DNA of 36,617 nt from Salisapilia sapeloensis CBS 127946 (lineage: Eukaryota > Protista > Oomycota): NCBI GenBank assembly GCA_023334545.1, contig JAADVB010000194.1, positions 1 to 36,617 on the forward strand, written 5' to 3'. A model generated the notes under the pieces. That model did not search any database and was not told the origin of the DNA. It was given only the letters and a program-made list of their open reading frames with translations. The position numbers and the translations under genes were made by a program. Of this stretch, positions 35,207 through 36,617 are shown one piece after another (position 1 is the stretch's first letter; every line of letters starts with the position of its first letter).

Positions 35207-36617
35207 GACTGCAAGTTTTATTGCAGTGAGTCATTCGAGATGTATCTCATTGGTTGGTTTATGAAACGTTTCGAATAGATGAAGTGAGCTACCTGTTATC
35301 CGCCTTCATTTTCGTATGTGCATTTACGAGCTACTTATTAGTTTTTCAGCAGATATGTTGCATGGGAGGATGTAGGCTGGTAACTACTCACTGATAGAGC
35401 AAGATTTGCAACTAAGTTACAAGTGCAGGTCGAAATGAAAGTAATAGTCATGCATGGTACCTCTTGATTTACTAGGTTTCCGTCATGTGTCAGCACGAGA
35501 TACCATGCCGCATGATAACAAACTTAACCTGAGTACATCAATACGTATTTAGATAATTATTCTAAACTATATAAAAGCATAGAACGTATACAAAGAGGTT
35601 CAAGAACATTTACAGTGTCCTAACATTGCGTAAAGACTATCACGTTGAGGACTGGATTAATATGTGTCAGTATGTTGTATTGCATATCAGGTTTCGCAAA
35701 GGCGTCAAGTCGCAATGAAGTATGCTCATATCCTCTGAAAACACTAGCGAAAGAGTTTAAAAGCTTGCTTAACCTCCGCATAGGTCTAAAGTCGAACAAG
35801 TGAAATATTCTCTTCTAGCGGGTATGAGAGAGAATTAAAGCAAGCTTCGCGTGGGCAAATACCAAACGGTTTTGTATGGCCAAAGTATGCATAATACAAG
35901 ACAAGTTCTAAGGCTTAGATAAGACACCTTCTACCATTTCACGCGTGTCATTGCGAATAGTCGACAAAGAGTGAGTACCAGAACAGGCTTTCTTTAGGAC
36001 GTCAAAATGTCGTGATGGTGTCGGATCGCAACTAGCTTCATCAACAACGAGTGCATTTGGTGAGAACATAGTATCAGATTCATAGGAGTAAAAGGCAAAG
36101 TTAGACTACGTAGCAGCCAGGAGACTGAAATGGGAATGCAATTGCAACGTCGGGCGTATTTCTTTGTGGCAAAGAGCACGTGTATAGAAACGTCGGGCGT
36201 TTGGGGCGGTACCAATGCCAAATTACCAGTAATGCAAGCTTTTCGTATCCGGTGGAAAACTTGTCCGAATATGATGTGGGTTTAAGCGACTTCGCGCTCT
36301 TCGTCACCACTACCAACACTAATTCCATCTGACTGCTAAGGAGTCCATCCGCCTAGGAAACATACATCAAATTTAGTGTTGGATGCTGTTTTAGAATTTC
36401 GTGCTGTCCTGGTGATTTGCTTCTGCATGCGCCCATTTACTTTCCTGTCGTGATGATGATTGCTTTGCACAAAAGGAAAGCTACTTGATTGAAGGAAACG
36501 TTTTGAGTAGTCTGATAACTTTGCGAGTTACGTTATCAGGAGCTCAAGAATAGTGCGATCGATCTTGTTCCCTTGCAAGTTACAAAGACGCTGGTAATTA
36601 GAGGACTGGAGGACATA

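Noticed and set aside
35690-35830. Plus-strand splice-like signals joining to VSQRRQVAMKSKVEQVKYSLLA
   Set aside because: Could not be extended to a start and stop with consistent introns.
1-36617. Prokaryotic systems, CRISPR arrays, rRNA or tRNA genes
   Set aside because: Spliceosomal introns and eukaryote-specific genes occur throughout; no repeat-spacer array or recognisable structural RNA was seen by eye.

Overview
Gene-dense eukaryotic DNA with short GT-AG introns (about 48-108 nt). Gene style is most consistent with a stramenopile, probably an oomycete (inference). No rRNA, tRNA or CRISPR features were seen. Contents in order: the 3' end of an Mpo1/DUF962-like gene; three same-strand paralogs of a ~1050-1150 aa FUSC/ALMT-like membrane protein with a C-terminal EF-hand pair (two adjacent, the third ~8.5 kb downstream); a 7-exon divergent TBP-like gene that the ORF track misses; cullin-4; a protein resembling the FANCA N-terminal half; a possible decayed piggyBac fragment; an FHA-CHAT protease-STAND NTPase gene head-to-head with an LRR gene; RFC1; a TPR protein head-to-head with a PP1-type phosphatase; and an ORF resembling the C-terminal OB folds of CTC1. 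Exon structures were reconstructed by hand from splice signals and frame continuity. Family assignments rest on motif recognition from memory, not on database searches.
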